Source: Flavobacterium sp. (lineage in GTDB: Bacteria > Bacteroidota > Bacteroidia > Flavobacteriales > Flavobacteriaceae). Taken from it: a DNA stretch of 47,765 bases. The position numbers and the translations under genes are program-made. Positions 9,102-19,912 of this stretch are shown here, piece by piece. Every line of letters starts with the position of its first letter. Within the stretch, counting starts at the first letter, position 1. The notes beneath the pieces are model-generated. The model worked only from the letters and a program-made list of their open reading frames with translations, made no database searches and had not been told where the DNA came from. The DNA lies in contig JAIXHM010000001.1 of assembly GCA_030145825.1 (NCBI GenBank), positions 1 to 47,765 on the forward strand, read 5' to 3'.

Positions 9102-9389
9102 ATGAAAAATAAAGTAAACATAGCGACAATTTTTCCCAAACACCTTTTTTGGGATATGGATTGTGATAAGTTAAGTCTTGAAAAAGATAAAGCTATCATT
9201 ATCCCAAGAGCTATGTATGCAACAACTCCAGATACTTTTGAGCAAGACATTAAAAGATTAGAGCAATTATATACTCCAAGAGTTATTGTAAAATACCTTA
9301 AAAATACTAAAGAAAACATTAGTAACAAAGTTTGTGTTAGTGTGGCAAAAAGGTATAAAATAGAACCTTTTCTTCGTTATTCGCTCTAA
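9102..9389 (+). CDS. DUF6922-like putative antitoxin
   Basis: FPKHLFWDMD...IIPR pattern; stop is 1 nt before the AbiEii-type gene. Confidence 0.65.
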   Translation: MKNKVNIATIFPKHLFWDMDCDKLSLEKDKAIIIPRAMYATTPDTFEQDIKRLEQLYTPRVIVKYLKNTKENISNKVCVSVAKRYKIEPFLRYSL

Positions 9390-9390
9390 A

Positions 9391-10158
9391 ATGAGTGCAG
9401 TTTCTCCAGCAATTGTTAAAACAATTATTCAATTACAAAGTTTACCATCTCTAGCTAACTTCAGTTTAGCTGGTGGAACAAATTTAGCATTACAATACAA
9501 TCATAGAGTTTCAGATGATATTGATTTATTTTGTTCTGAAATTATTGGCTTAGAAGGATTGAATAAAATACAAGAAGAGGTAAAAGCTTATTTTGGGAAG
9601 AATGCTAGAAATTTTGATAATCCATGTGATATAAATGATCAATATTCTTTTTTAAGATTTTTTATTGACACTGAAGATGGAACAATGATAAAAGTTGATG
9701 TTTTACAAAATATGAAACATCTTTTCGAAATTGAAAGCATCAATGACATACGATTATTCAGTAAAGCAGATATTGGTTTATACAAGTTAGTTAGTTTATC
9801 CAATCGTTCTACTAAAAAAGACATCTACGATTTAGATTTTATTACTGATGAAATCAAATTAAGCAATCTCTATCAAAATCTAAAAGAGAAAGCTGAAAAA
9901 TTCAATAAAGAAGAACACAAAACAATTTTTGATTTAGATAAAAACCAATCAGTTTTAGACAACCTTGAACTTCTAATTAGTTTTGACAACATAAGAGCTT
10001 CCTCAAAATTACCAACACATACTCACGATAATATAAAAATTACTGAAGGAAGTAAAACTTTGATAGAAGCCCGAATAAGTTGGCGTTCCAAAGTAAGAGC
10101 TTTGTATGGCCATTTAGGAATAGATTTTCCAAAACCAAAAGGGATAGATATTACATAA
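9391..10158 (+). CDS. AbiEii/AbiGii-family nucleotidyltransferase toxin
   Basis: LAGGTNLALQYNHRVSDDIDLF and K...R...KDIYDL motifs. Confidence 0.88.
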   Translation: MSAVSPAIVKTIIQLQSLPSLANFSLAGGTNLALQYNHRVSDDIDLFCSEIIGLEGLNKIQEEVKAYFGKNARNFDNPCDINDQYSFLRFFIDTEDGTMIKVDVLQNMKHLFEIESINDIRLFSKADIGLYKLVSLSNRSTKKDIYDLDFITDEIKLSNLYQNLKEKAEKFNKEEHKTIFDLDKNQSVLDNLELLISFDNIRASSKLPTHTHDNIKITEGSKTLIEARISWRSKVRALYGHLGIDFPKPKGIDIT

Positions 10159-10328
10159 TCATTATCTCATTCATCTGCACAAAAATTGCTCCTAGTCCAA
10201 GTATTCCTAGCATCAATTCTTTGTTTGCTTCATTTCACTAATTTCATTTCTAAATAACGCAGCGCACTTCTTCGTTTTTGGTAAATTGACGTTTTAGGTT
10301 TCCAGTTGCCACTCCTTCCCAACGCTCA

Positions 10329-10693
10329 AAAAAAATTACTGTCATGGTTTTTGTCCCAACTCTCATCAAGCACTTTGCCTGTTGACTAGAATTCTCTGTT
10401 TAATAATGAAAATCCAATAAGCCATCAGTCAAAGAGCTTGCCCACCGCAAAAAACAAAAACACGTACGCTTCGCAACTCATGCCAGTAATTTTTTCTCCA
10501 AAGCTTAGTTACATAATGTGGCATTATAGTGCATAAAGAACTATTGTGAATCTAATCAAAATCTCGGATGCACTATAATAACATTATGTAAAAAAGCCGC
10601 TCTCCCAACTCGCTTGCCAGTGGCTCCAGGACAACATTTTTTGCAGCTCCCATCGCATCACCCAGCTACAAAAAACACCGTCCTTCACCACTG
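10329..10693. repeat. Array of three long imperfect inverted repeats (10329-10495, 10509-10591, 10618-10693)
   Basis: Arms read directly: AAAAAATTACTGTCATG/CATGCCAGTAATTTTTT; TTACATAATGT..ATTATAGTGCAT/ATGCACTATAAT..ACATTATGTAA; CAGTGG-AGGAC-TTTTTTGCAGCT/AGCTACAAAAAA-GTCCT-CCACTG. Confidence 0.7.
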
Positions 10694-11794
10694 TCTGTAA
10701 CAATGTTCTCCATTTCAGAGGAAACTTTACGATTATAATTGCTTTTAAGAACGCTCACGTTAATTGTTTTTTCAGCTTTGTGTTTAAATAGGAAGTATTT
10801 GCATTGCTCTTGTAAGTAATAAAATGGCTTTCGATTTCATTAAATTTGCCTATGGTAAAATCCATTTTATTACCCACAAAACCAAAATTCCCAGTAAGAG
10901 TATCATTTTTTATTTGCCAGAAACCCCACAGTAATTGCTCTAGCGGAAAAGCTGATGACATAACGTTTTTTAAGATAATCTGCTGTATACTTAACACTGC
11001 GACTGCATCAGGCATCAGCTTTTCCACTAAAGCAATCAGAAACATCCCAATAAGCAAATAAAGATACCCTTACTTGCGCTACTGCCACATCGCACTCGGT
11101 AGTATAATGCATTGTTTTTTGAAGATGCTTCCCATTTTCAGCACAAAATTCATCTAAATTGAAAACTTCTATTTCATAGGACGATTAAGCATCCTCAAAA
11201 ATCAAATCCAAGAAATGGCCACAAAAAAACAATTCCAATAAAAAAGAAGGCCATTACGTTTGACCAATAAAAAACAATAAATACTTGCAAACGAAAGAGT
11301 ATCAAATTCTTTGGCCAGATAAATAGCTTTTTTATTTTCTGATTTGGTTTATTCATCCATCCTAAGAATATGATACCCTTTCCAAAGACGTCTATCTTTC
11401 AAATCAACACCCATTCTTTCAAACAAATTCCGATTATACGATATCGTTTAGAATTTGAAATCAAAACAAAAAATAAAAAAAAAGAGAGCAAAGATAAGTT
11501 CCAGGTATTCAAAAAAGCAAGTTCAAGCCCTTCGGGTTTCAGAAAAAATCTCCACCAAAACAGTTTCAAAACACATTTTACTTCTGATTAGACGCTCCGA
11601 TTTCAATCACGTATCTGGTAGTATTTTTTCTGAAAAAACTTACTTTTTTGAAACCTTCCACTTGGACAAATGGCTTTCTTTTTTTCTTTTTTTTCTTTTG
11701 AAAAATTTATGTGTGCTGAGTGTATCGAAGGATACCTGCTTTCATCAGAAGCGCCACAAGAAATTAGAAAAACCTAATTTTTAAATCCGAAGCC

Positions 11795-12214
11795 ATGATG
11801 AATTTTATCGTTAAATCCCACAAAAAGGACACAATTTACAACAAACCGCACTTTTTTGTTTTAAACAAAGGAATGAATAGCGGAAAACCACAAAATGAGC
11901 CATTCACAAATAGTTTCGTAATCATATTTGATAGTGAAGCTGACAGCGAAAATATTTTCTGGATTGCTTATAGCTTGTGGAAATCTAAATTTTGGCATCA
12001 GCATTTTGTTGGTTCTGTGATTCCGTTTTTGCGTCTTCTTGATTTCAAAAGAGAGTTTTTTCAAAAATCAAAACTCTTGAAGGATGAACATGAAGCACAC
12101 TTGAAGCATGTTGAAGCTTTAAAACTTCTTGAATTAAAAGAAAAACAATTTCACGAAAACATAAACCTTATCAATGATATGCGTAAAGTTATTTTGCACA
12201 GATATATCAAATAA
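11795..12214 (+). CDS. Conserved Flavobacteriaceae mobile-element protein (DUF6943-like)
   Basis: HFFVLNKGMNSGKP...GSVIPFLR pattern recalled for this family. Confidence 0.6.
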   Translation: MMNFIVKSHKKDTIYNKPHFFVLNKGMNSGKPQNEPFTNSFVIIFDSEADSENIFWIAYSLWKSKFWHQHFVGSVIPFLRLLDFKREFFQKSKLLKDEHEAHLKHVEALKLLELKEKQFHENINLINDMRKVILHRYIK

Positions 12215-12244
12215 ATTAAATTTGAATAAATTAATTTAACAATA

Positions 12245-12436
12245 ATGGAAGAAATAAAAAGAAAAGAAATAGAACTTAATGTTGCTAAAGACAAGGCTTT
12301 ATTAAGTGATTTAGATAAGGATTGGCATGATTTTAATACCAAAATGAATGAATTTGGAAAAGCAATTGAAAAATTTGGTAGACAAAAATATAATATAAAT
12401 AAAAAAATTGAAATTATTTTAAAACTCTCTGAATGA
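12245..12436 (+). CDS. Small hypothetical coiled-coil protein
   Basis: 63-aa ATG ORF with AT-rich leader, followed by a hairpin. Confidence 0.45.
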   Translation: MEEIKRKEIELNVAKDKALLSDLDKDWHDFNTKMNEFGKAIEKFGRQKYNINKKIEIILKLSE

Positions 12437-12438
12437 AA

Positions 12439-12464
12439 AAAGCCAGGTCTCAAGACTTGGCTTT
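12439..12464. terminator. Hairpin terminator between convergent genes
   Basis: AAAGCCAGGTC-TCAA-GACTTGGCTTT. Confidence 0.6.
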
Positions 12465-12505
12465 CACTTTGTTTAACCCAAAGGTCACCACAACTAGGGC
12501 TAAAC

Positions 12506-12682
12506 TTATTTTTTGTGCTTCTTATTTAGGCTTTTAAGCAGTAACGAAATCGTAAAACTGACCACAGCTCCAACAGTTGCTAAGATAACCGTTTTGGCAA
12601 TATCATCAGAAGATAAATTGGGTACAATACTTAAAAATGTGCCTCCAGCAGTTCCCATCAACGTGGGATTATTGGCTGTCAT
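12506..12682 (-). CDS. 58-aa small membrane protein (holin-like); absent from the ORF track
   Basis: Translated by hand: MTANNPTLMGTAGGTFLSIVPNLSSDDIAKTVILATVGAVVSFTISLLLKSLNKKHKK; hydrophobic helix plus basic tail; overlaps the end of the upstream gene. Confidence 0.7.
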   Translation of the reverse strand: MTANNPTLMGTAGGTFLSIVPNLSSDDIAKTVILATVGAVVSFTISLLLKSLNKKHKK

Positions 12683-12884
12683 CAGTTGTAGTAAGCTGAC
12701 TTGCAGCTGTCAAAACACCTCCAGCCACTGCAACATAGCCTCCAATAGTTGTAACTATTGCAGGTAAAGCGATTGGAGCAGCTAAAATAGTTCCACCAAT
12801 GGCAGCCAATGCCAACCCAACTGTTCGAAGCACTTTGAAAAACTTTGGTGTGGGAGCTTTTGCTCTATCAATGATTTTTTTCAT
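12669..12884 (-). CDS. 71-aa two-helix membrane protein (holin-like)
   Basis: Basic N-terminus (RAKAPTPKFFK), then two hydrophobic segments. Confidence 0.7.
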   Translation of the reverse strand: MKKIIDRAKAPTPKFFKVLRTVGLALAAIGGTILAAPIALPAIVTTIGGYVAVAGGVLTAASQLTTTDDSQ

Positions 12885-12893
12885 ATTCTAAAA

Positions 12894-13289
12894 TTAAGAT
12901 TGGATAATTAATTCAACACTTTCTTTATTCTCTAATGCTTTATAAACTAATGTTTTTAGCTTCATAAAAGCTTTTCTTGACATTAACCCTAATCCAGGTC
13001 CAGAAAGTTTAGTAACAGGAGCAATACAACCTTGCAATTCCTTTTGAGCATTGTTGGCAGGATGAAAAAGAATGAACTTTCTATTTGGGACATCCACCAA
13101 TTCCAAATGCCATCTGTATTTTGCACTGTATCGCTTTCTAATAAAATATTTCCCTTCCGGAACACAGGAAACCTTCGTTTCGTTCATCTTCCACGGCAAT
13201 TCAATTGTATTACAAATCAATTTACCTTCGCATTCGAGTTTACCATTCGTTCCTTCAGGGAAATAAGTTCTAGTTAACCAAATAACCAT
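12894..13289 (-). CDS. DUF5675-like phage-associated protein (possible L,D-transpeptidase-fold peptidoglycan enzyme)
   Basis: CNTIELPW...SCVPEGKY...VPNRKFILFHPAN...ELQGCIAP (H...GC motif). Confidence 0.75.
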   Translation of the reverse strand: MVIWLTRTYFPEGTNGKLECEGKLICNTIELPWKMNETKVSCVPEGKYFIRKRYSAKYRWHLELVDVPNRKFILFHPANNAQKELQGCIAPVTKLSGPGLGLMSRKAFMKLKTLVYKALENKESVELIIQS

Positions 13290-14047
13290 TACACGCCACT
13301 ATCAACTTTCGCAACAGATAATGGGTTAAAAGCACCATTTTTTAAAGGATACATTTGTCCATTTATTTGTTGGTAAAACTCAACACCTAAAGCCAAAAAC
13401 AAAGGTTTTGTACTTGCAGGTGTAACAGCATTCACTTGATTTATTGGAGCAGTAGCAGTTCCATCCCAAGGTAAAATTGCCGTTTCAGAAGTAGCAACTA
13501 CATACGTTTCAGCTTCAAAATCAATTTCAGCTCCACCAGAAATGATTTTGTAGTGCGTAGTTCCACTTGGAGCAGCAATCATATTCGTAGGAATAAATGA
13601 TGCTAAATCCACTGTAATTTCACCAGCTACTCGGTCAATAGTTGCCACAAACGGAGCAAACAAAGTTGTACCAAGCTTACCACGAATATTGAATTCAAAA
13701 CCAAATAACAATTCAGCTTCTCCATCAATCACATTACGCAAACCACGTTCACTGACAGTGTCCGCTTGAATAACTTTCACCATCGCTTGTGTCAAACGGC
13801 TTACCATTCTACCATCTGCAGAATTTAAAAGCAACGGTCTTAAAGCTGTTCTAAGCATTTTTCCTGCCTTACCAGCTCTACCAAACTCGGAGCCATTTTC
13901 ACGAGTTCTTTGGAATGCAGGATCACTCGCAATTCTGCTCGCATCAATCCCACCTTTTTCTCTCGCTAAATGCCCATCTTGCGTTTTGTAAAAAGTAATA
14001 TCCCCGATAGTACCTTTCAATTTAATTATGCCTTTCTGTCTAGCCAT
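13289..14047 (-). CDS. Conserved Bacteroidota mobile-element protein, function unknown
   Basis: 252 aa; MARQKGIIKLKGTIGDITFYKT...FQRTRENGSEFG basic N-terminal region; stop/start overlap with the next gene. Confidence 0.8.
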   Translation of the reverse strand: MARQKGIIKLKGTIGDITFYKTQDGHLAREKGGIDASRIASDPAFQRTRENGSEFGRAGKAGKMLRTALRPLLLNSADGRMVSRLTQAMVKVIQADTVSERGLRNVIDGEAELLFGFEFNIRGKLGTTLFAPFVATIDRVAGEITVDLASFIPTNMIAAPSGTTHYKIISGGAEIDFEAETYVVATSETAILPWDGTATAPINQVNAVTPASTKPLFLALGVEFYQQINGQMYPLKNGAFNPLSVAKVDSGV

Positions 14048-14313
14048 AACTTCAAAATTTTGTTAAACATTCATCTAAAATCTTCTTCATTCTGTCAATC
14101 AGTTGCAACCACATTTTGAATGATTAAAGCAAAGTTTACAAAGCATTTCACTAAAGAAAAAGTCATGAGTGTACCATATGTCCAAAATCGACACAAGTGT
14201 CTTAAATGAACCTAAAAAGCCAATAAATAAGTATGAAAAATTATAACTAAATTGCAAAAGATTTTCTGCACGTCAGAAGTATAGCATAGCTATATCAAAG
14301 GTATAGATAAAGT

Positions 14314-14517
14314 ATGAAATTGAATAATCAGAGGGTATGCATCTATCCGAAGGACATACAACGAATAACAGGCAAGAGTTATCGTCAAAGTACTAGATTA
14401 ATGCAAAAGATAAAAAAAGACCTCAATAAGCTCGAAAATGAGTTTCTAACGATTGAAGAGTTCTGTACATATAGTGGCATAAAATATGAACAAGTAACTC
14501 ACTTGATTTTTGGTTAA
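14314..14517 (+). CDS. Small DNA-binding protein (excisionase/AlpA-like HTH)
   Basis: CIYPKDIQRITGKSYRQS...LTIEEFCTYSGI; lies next to the island end. Confidence 0.6.
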   Translation: MKLNNQRVCIYPKDIQRITGKSYRQSTRLMQKIKKDLNKLENEFLTIEEFCTYSGIKYEQVTHLIFG

Positions 14518-14669
14518 AATTGAAAAAATTAATAAATAATTTTAATCAAGAAAGGTACTAATAAACACTTAAATAACTAGTTCAATTTTTAGTCTTGATG
14601 CTTTAATATTCAAATATTTATCCTTATATTTGACTACTTTGAATTTAGAATAATAGTAACCTTATAAAA

Positions 14670-14690
14670 GAGGTGTCAGTCGAGGTGTCA
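14670..14690 (+). repeat. Tandem 9-bp direct repeat GAGGTGTCA (candidate integrase arm sites)
   Basis: GAGGTGTCA at 14670-14678 and 14682-14690, ~57 bp inside the att core. Confidence 0.45.
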
Positions 14691-14746
14691 CTTAAATTAA
14701 ATGCTTTGCGAAGTATCGATTTTATTGTTCACTTTTGTTGTAGACA

Positions 14747-14764
14747 AATCCCTCTTTCTCCGCA
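14747..14764 (+). other. att site: isolated 3' end of a tRNA (Ser-like)
   Basis: AATCCCTCTTTCTCCGCA resembles the T-arm 3' half plus acceptor strand of tRNA-Ser; no 5' tRNA half upstream; terminator follows immediately. Confidence 0.65.
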
Positions 14765-14795
14765 AAACCGGTTCAATTATGAACCGGTTTTTTTT
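14764..14795 (+). terminator. Rho-independent terminator
   Basis: AAAACCGGTTCA-ATTA-TGAACCGGTTTT followed by a T run. Confidence 0.85.
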
Positions 14796-14942
14796 ATCTT
14801 TATTTTTTCTATAGTTAAAAATAATGAATATGGTTGCTTGTAATAAATAAAAATTATTATTCAAGCTTATTTAGATATAATTTTTATCTATTGAGAATTC
14901 GTTTTTTTAACAGATTTATGATGTAGTTTAGCAACTAAATAA

Positions 14943-17225
<2,283 letters not shown>

Positions 17226-17234
17226 TATCTCAAT

Positions 17235-17265
17235 AAAAAAAGCCACGCAATGCGTGGCTTTTTTT
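17235..17265. terminator. Bidirectional terminator katG/hemN
   Basis: AAAAAAAGCCACGCA-A-TGCGTGGCTTTTTTT. Confidence 0.9.
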
Positions 17266-18628
17266 ATATCGTCATTGAAAATAATTGTCTTTGCGGAGTA
17301 TTTCTTTTTAGTCTTAAATCGAAAGCCATACAAATATTTCTTACGAATGGTTTTCCTTTTTCGGTAACAATAAGTTTGTTGTCGAATATCTTTAAAAGAC
17401 CATTAACTTCCATCTCTTTTAACGATTCAATTACTTCACCTATTTCTAGGAATTTTAATTCATCTTGCGACCAATCTGTTTCAAATTGGCACATAATATT
17501 TAGAATATGTTGTCTTATTACCAAATCTTCAGAAGTTAAAATGTGTCCTCTATAAACCGGAATTTCATTTTTGTCTAATCTTTCGTAATAATCTTCTAAA
17601 GTTTTTTCGTTCTGCGCAAATGCTGTCCAACTATCACTTATTGAAGAAACTCCCAGACCAATCATAAGTTTAGTATTTGTAGTGGTGTAGCCCATAAAAT
17701 TACGATGTAATTTGCCTTCTTCAAAAGCAGTAAACATACTGTCAGAATCTATTGCAAAATGATCCATTCCTATTTCATGAAAACCATTTTCACTCAATCG
17801 AATTTTTCCTTCTTCATAAAGTAGACGTTTTGCATCATCTTTAGGTACATCTTCATCGTTAAAACCTCTTTGTCCATTTCCTTTCATCCAAGGAACATGC
17901 GCATAACTATAAAAAGCCAATCGATCTGGATGTAATGAATTTGTTTTATCAATGGTATCTAAAACATCATCTAAAGTTTGGAAAGGAAGTCCAAAAATTA
18001 AATCGTGACTTATAGAAGTATAACCAATTTCTCGTGCCCAAAAGGTAACTTTTGCTACATTGTGAAAAGGCTGAACTCTATTAATGGCAGTTTGAACTTT
18101 AGTAGAGTAGTCTTGTACGCCAAAACTAACTCTTCTAAAGCCCAAATTATAAAGCAATTGTAAGTGCTCTTTAGTTGTATTGTTTGGGTGTCCTTCAAAG
18201 CTAAATTCATAATTATCAGCAATTGTAGCTTTAGAAAGTATGCCTTTAATTAGTTTCTCTAGATTATTTGGAGAAAAAAATGTTGGAGTTCCACCTCCTA
18301 AGTGTATTTCCTTAATATTAGGTTTGGTTGAAAATAAATTACAATATAATTCCCATTCTTTTAAAACAGCATCTATATAAGGATGTTCAACTTCGTGTCT
18401 TTTAGTAATTCTTTTATGGCAACCGCAAAAAGTGCATAAACTTTCACAAAAAGGAAGATGAATATAGAGACTGATACCTTCAGATGCATTCGTTTTTTGA
18501 AAAGTTTCGAGCATTGAAGATTTCCATTTTTCTGCAGTAAAATTATTTTCTTCCCAATATGGAACCGTAGGATAACTCGTGTATCGAGGTCCTGGAACAT
18601 TATATTTTTGTATTAGAGAAGTTTTCAT
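17264..18628 (-). CDS. hemN: Oxygen-independent coproporphyrinogen III oxidase
   Basis: GPRYTSYPT, CESLCTFCGC radical-SAM motif, HLGGGTPT, IGMDHF, HRNFMGY. Confidence 0.97.
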   Translation of the reverse strand: MKTSLIQKYNVPGPRYTSYPTVPYWEENNFTAEKWKSSMLETFQKTNASEGISLYIHLPFCESLCTFCGCHKRITKRHEVEHPYIDAVLKEWELYCNLFSTKPNIKEIHLGGGTPTFFSPNNLEKLIKGILSKATIADNYEFSFEGHPNNTTKEHLQLLYNLGFRRVSFGVQDYSTKVQTAINRVQPFHNVAKVTFWAREIGYTSISHDLIFGLPFQTLDDVLDTIDKTNSLHPDRLAFYSYAHVPWMKGNGQRGFNDEDVPKDDAKRLLYEEGKIRLSENGFHEIGMDHFAIDSDSMFTAFEEGKLHRNFMGYTTTNTKLMIGLGVSSISDSWTAFAQNEKTLEDYYERLDKNEIPVYRGHILTSEDLVIRQHILNIMCQFETDWSQDELKFLEIGEVIESLKEMEVNGLLKIFDNKLIVTEKGKPFVRNICMAFDLRLKRNTPQRQLFSMTI

Positions 18629-18674
18629 TATGCCTTAATTTAAGTCAAAATTACTATCATTTTTTAAATCATTC

Positions 18675-18716
18675 TATGATAATTGTCATATTGACAGAAA
18701 TGTAACTTATATTACA
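18675..18716. promoter_or_regulatory. Two palindromes (Crp/Fnr-type candidates) in the divergent hemN/trx promoter region
   Basis: TATGATAATTGTCATA (18675-18690) and TGTAACTTATATTACA (18701-18716). Confidence 0.4.
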
Positions 18717-18762
18717 GAATAGGAATAGTTATTGCGGTAAATTTGTAAAAAGAATTTAGATT

Positions 18763-19065
18763 ATGAATGCAAAATTTAATGAAATAATAAATCAAGACCA
18801 ATTGACTTTAGTAGATTTTTATGCTGATTGGTGTGGGCCATGTAAAATGATGTCACCCATATTACAAGAAACAAAATCTATTATTAAAGATGATGTAAAA
18901 ATAATAAAAATTAATGTGGATAACTATCAAGATTTAGCAGCTGAATTTATGGTAAGAGGCGTGCCTACATTAATGTTGTTTAAACAAGGTAAACTATTAT
19001 GGAGACAATCAGGTGTTTTAGCCACTAAAGATTTAGTAAGTATTTTAAAACAGCATTTAAATTAA
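18763..19065 (+). CDS. trxA: Thioredoxin
   Basis: VDFYADWCGPCK. Confidence 0.93.
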   Translation: MNAKFNEIINQDQLTLVDFYADWCGPCKMMSPILQETKSIIKDDVKIIKINVDNYQDLAAEFMVRGVPTLMLFKQGKLLWRQSGVLATKDLVSILKQHLN

Positions 19066-19101
19066 TTTGTATTTTTAGACAATAAAACAACAAAAGATAT
19101 T

Positions 19102-19479
19102 ATGAAGAAAATAATTTTTGGAGCATTACTTACATCAGTTTTAGCGATTTCTTGTGTAAATCAAAAACAAGAAGGAGTTTTAGTAGCTAATCCTGACACT
19201 TTCGAACAAAAAATGACGGAACCAGAAGTTCAAATACTTGATGTTAGAACAGAAGGTGAATTTGCGGAAGGACACATTCAAGATGCTCAAAACATTGATG
19301 TATTACAAGATGATTTTAAAGAGAAAGTAGCTACTTTAGATAAAAATAAACCTGTAATGGTTTATTGTAAAATGGGTGGTAGAAGTGCAAAAGCTGCTGG
19401 AATATTAAAAGAAATGGGTTTTACAACAATAGTAGATTTAGAAGGAGGTTACACTGCTTGGAAAGCTTCAGGAAAGTAG
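19102..19479 (+). CDS. Rhodanese-domain lipoprotein
   Basis: Lipobox LAISC; LDVRTEGEFAEGHI, YCKMGGRS, LEGGYTAW. Confidence 0.92.
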   Translation: MKKIIFGALLTSVLAISCVNQKQEGVLVANPDTFEQKMTEPEVQILDVRTEGEFAEGHIQDAQNIDVLQDDFKEKVATLDKNKPVMVYCKMGGRSAKAAGILKEMGFTTIVDLEGGYTAWKASGK

Positions 19480-19492
19480 AAAAATATTTTAT

Positions 19493-19523
19493 AAAAAAAG
19501 CGACACATTGTGTCGCTTTTTTT
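19493..19523. terminator. Bidirectional terminator
   Basis: AAAAAAAGCGACACA-T-TGTGTCGCTTTTTTT. Confidence 0.9.
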
Positions 19524-19905
19524 ATGCTTTAATAGCTACTACCGAAATTTCTACGTTTACATTTTTGGGCAAGCAAGCTACTTGTACAGTTTCTCTAGCT
19601 GGTGCAATTGCTTCATTAAAATATTTACCGTATATAGCATTTATTCTTCCAAAATTTCCCATATCGCTAATAAAAATTGAAACCTTTACCACATCATCAA
19701 AAGTCATTTCTGATGCTGTTAAAACTGCTTGTAAGTTTTCCATTACTTGAGTTGTTTCTGTTTCAATATCTTCTAGAACTAGTTCTCCGTTTTTAGGATT
19801 AATCGCAATTTGTCCCGAAGTGTACAATGTATTTCCTACTAAAACAGCTTGGCTATATGGTCCAATTGGTGCTGGAGCATTTTCAGTAAAAATTATTTTT
19901 TTCAT
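19522..19905 (-). CDS. ridA: RidA/YjgF family enamine deaminase
   Basis: APAPIGPYSQA, SGQI, PARETVQVACLP...VEI. Confidence 0.93.
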   Translation of the reverse strand: MKKIIFTENAPAPIGPYSQAVLVGNTLYTSGQIAINPKNGELVLEDIETETTQVMENLQAVLTASEMTFDDVVKVSIFISDMGNFGRINAIYGKYFNEAIAPARETVQVACLPKNVNVEISVVAIKA

Positions 19906-19912
19906 GATATGT

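Larger units (their letters stand above)
1..14764. mobile_element. Right part of a tRNA-integrated genomic (defence) island; left end and integrase lie outside the window
   Basis: Dense defence genes in very AT-rich DNA, a phage-like module, then a tRNA 3'-end-like sequence at 14747-14764 followed by housekeeping genes. Confidence 0.75.

Noticed and set aside
10329-10693. Retron msr-msd or CRISPR array interpretation of the hairpin region
   Set aside because: No reverse transcriptase or cas gene in the window, and no regularly spaced direct repeats.
10755-11784. ORFs at 10755-11057, 10846-11061, 11370-11591 and 11455-11784
   Set aside because: Overlapping, mostly non-ATG starts, no motifs and low-complexity runs. 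Possibly decayed genes, but not supportable as CDS.
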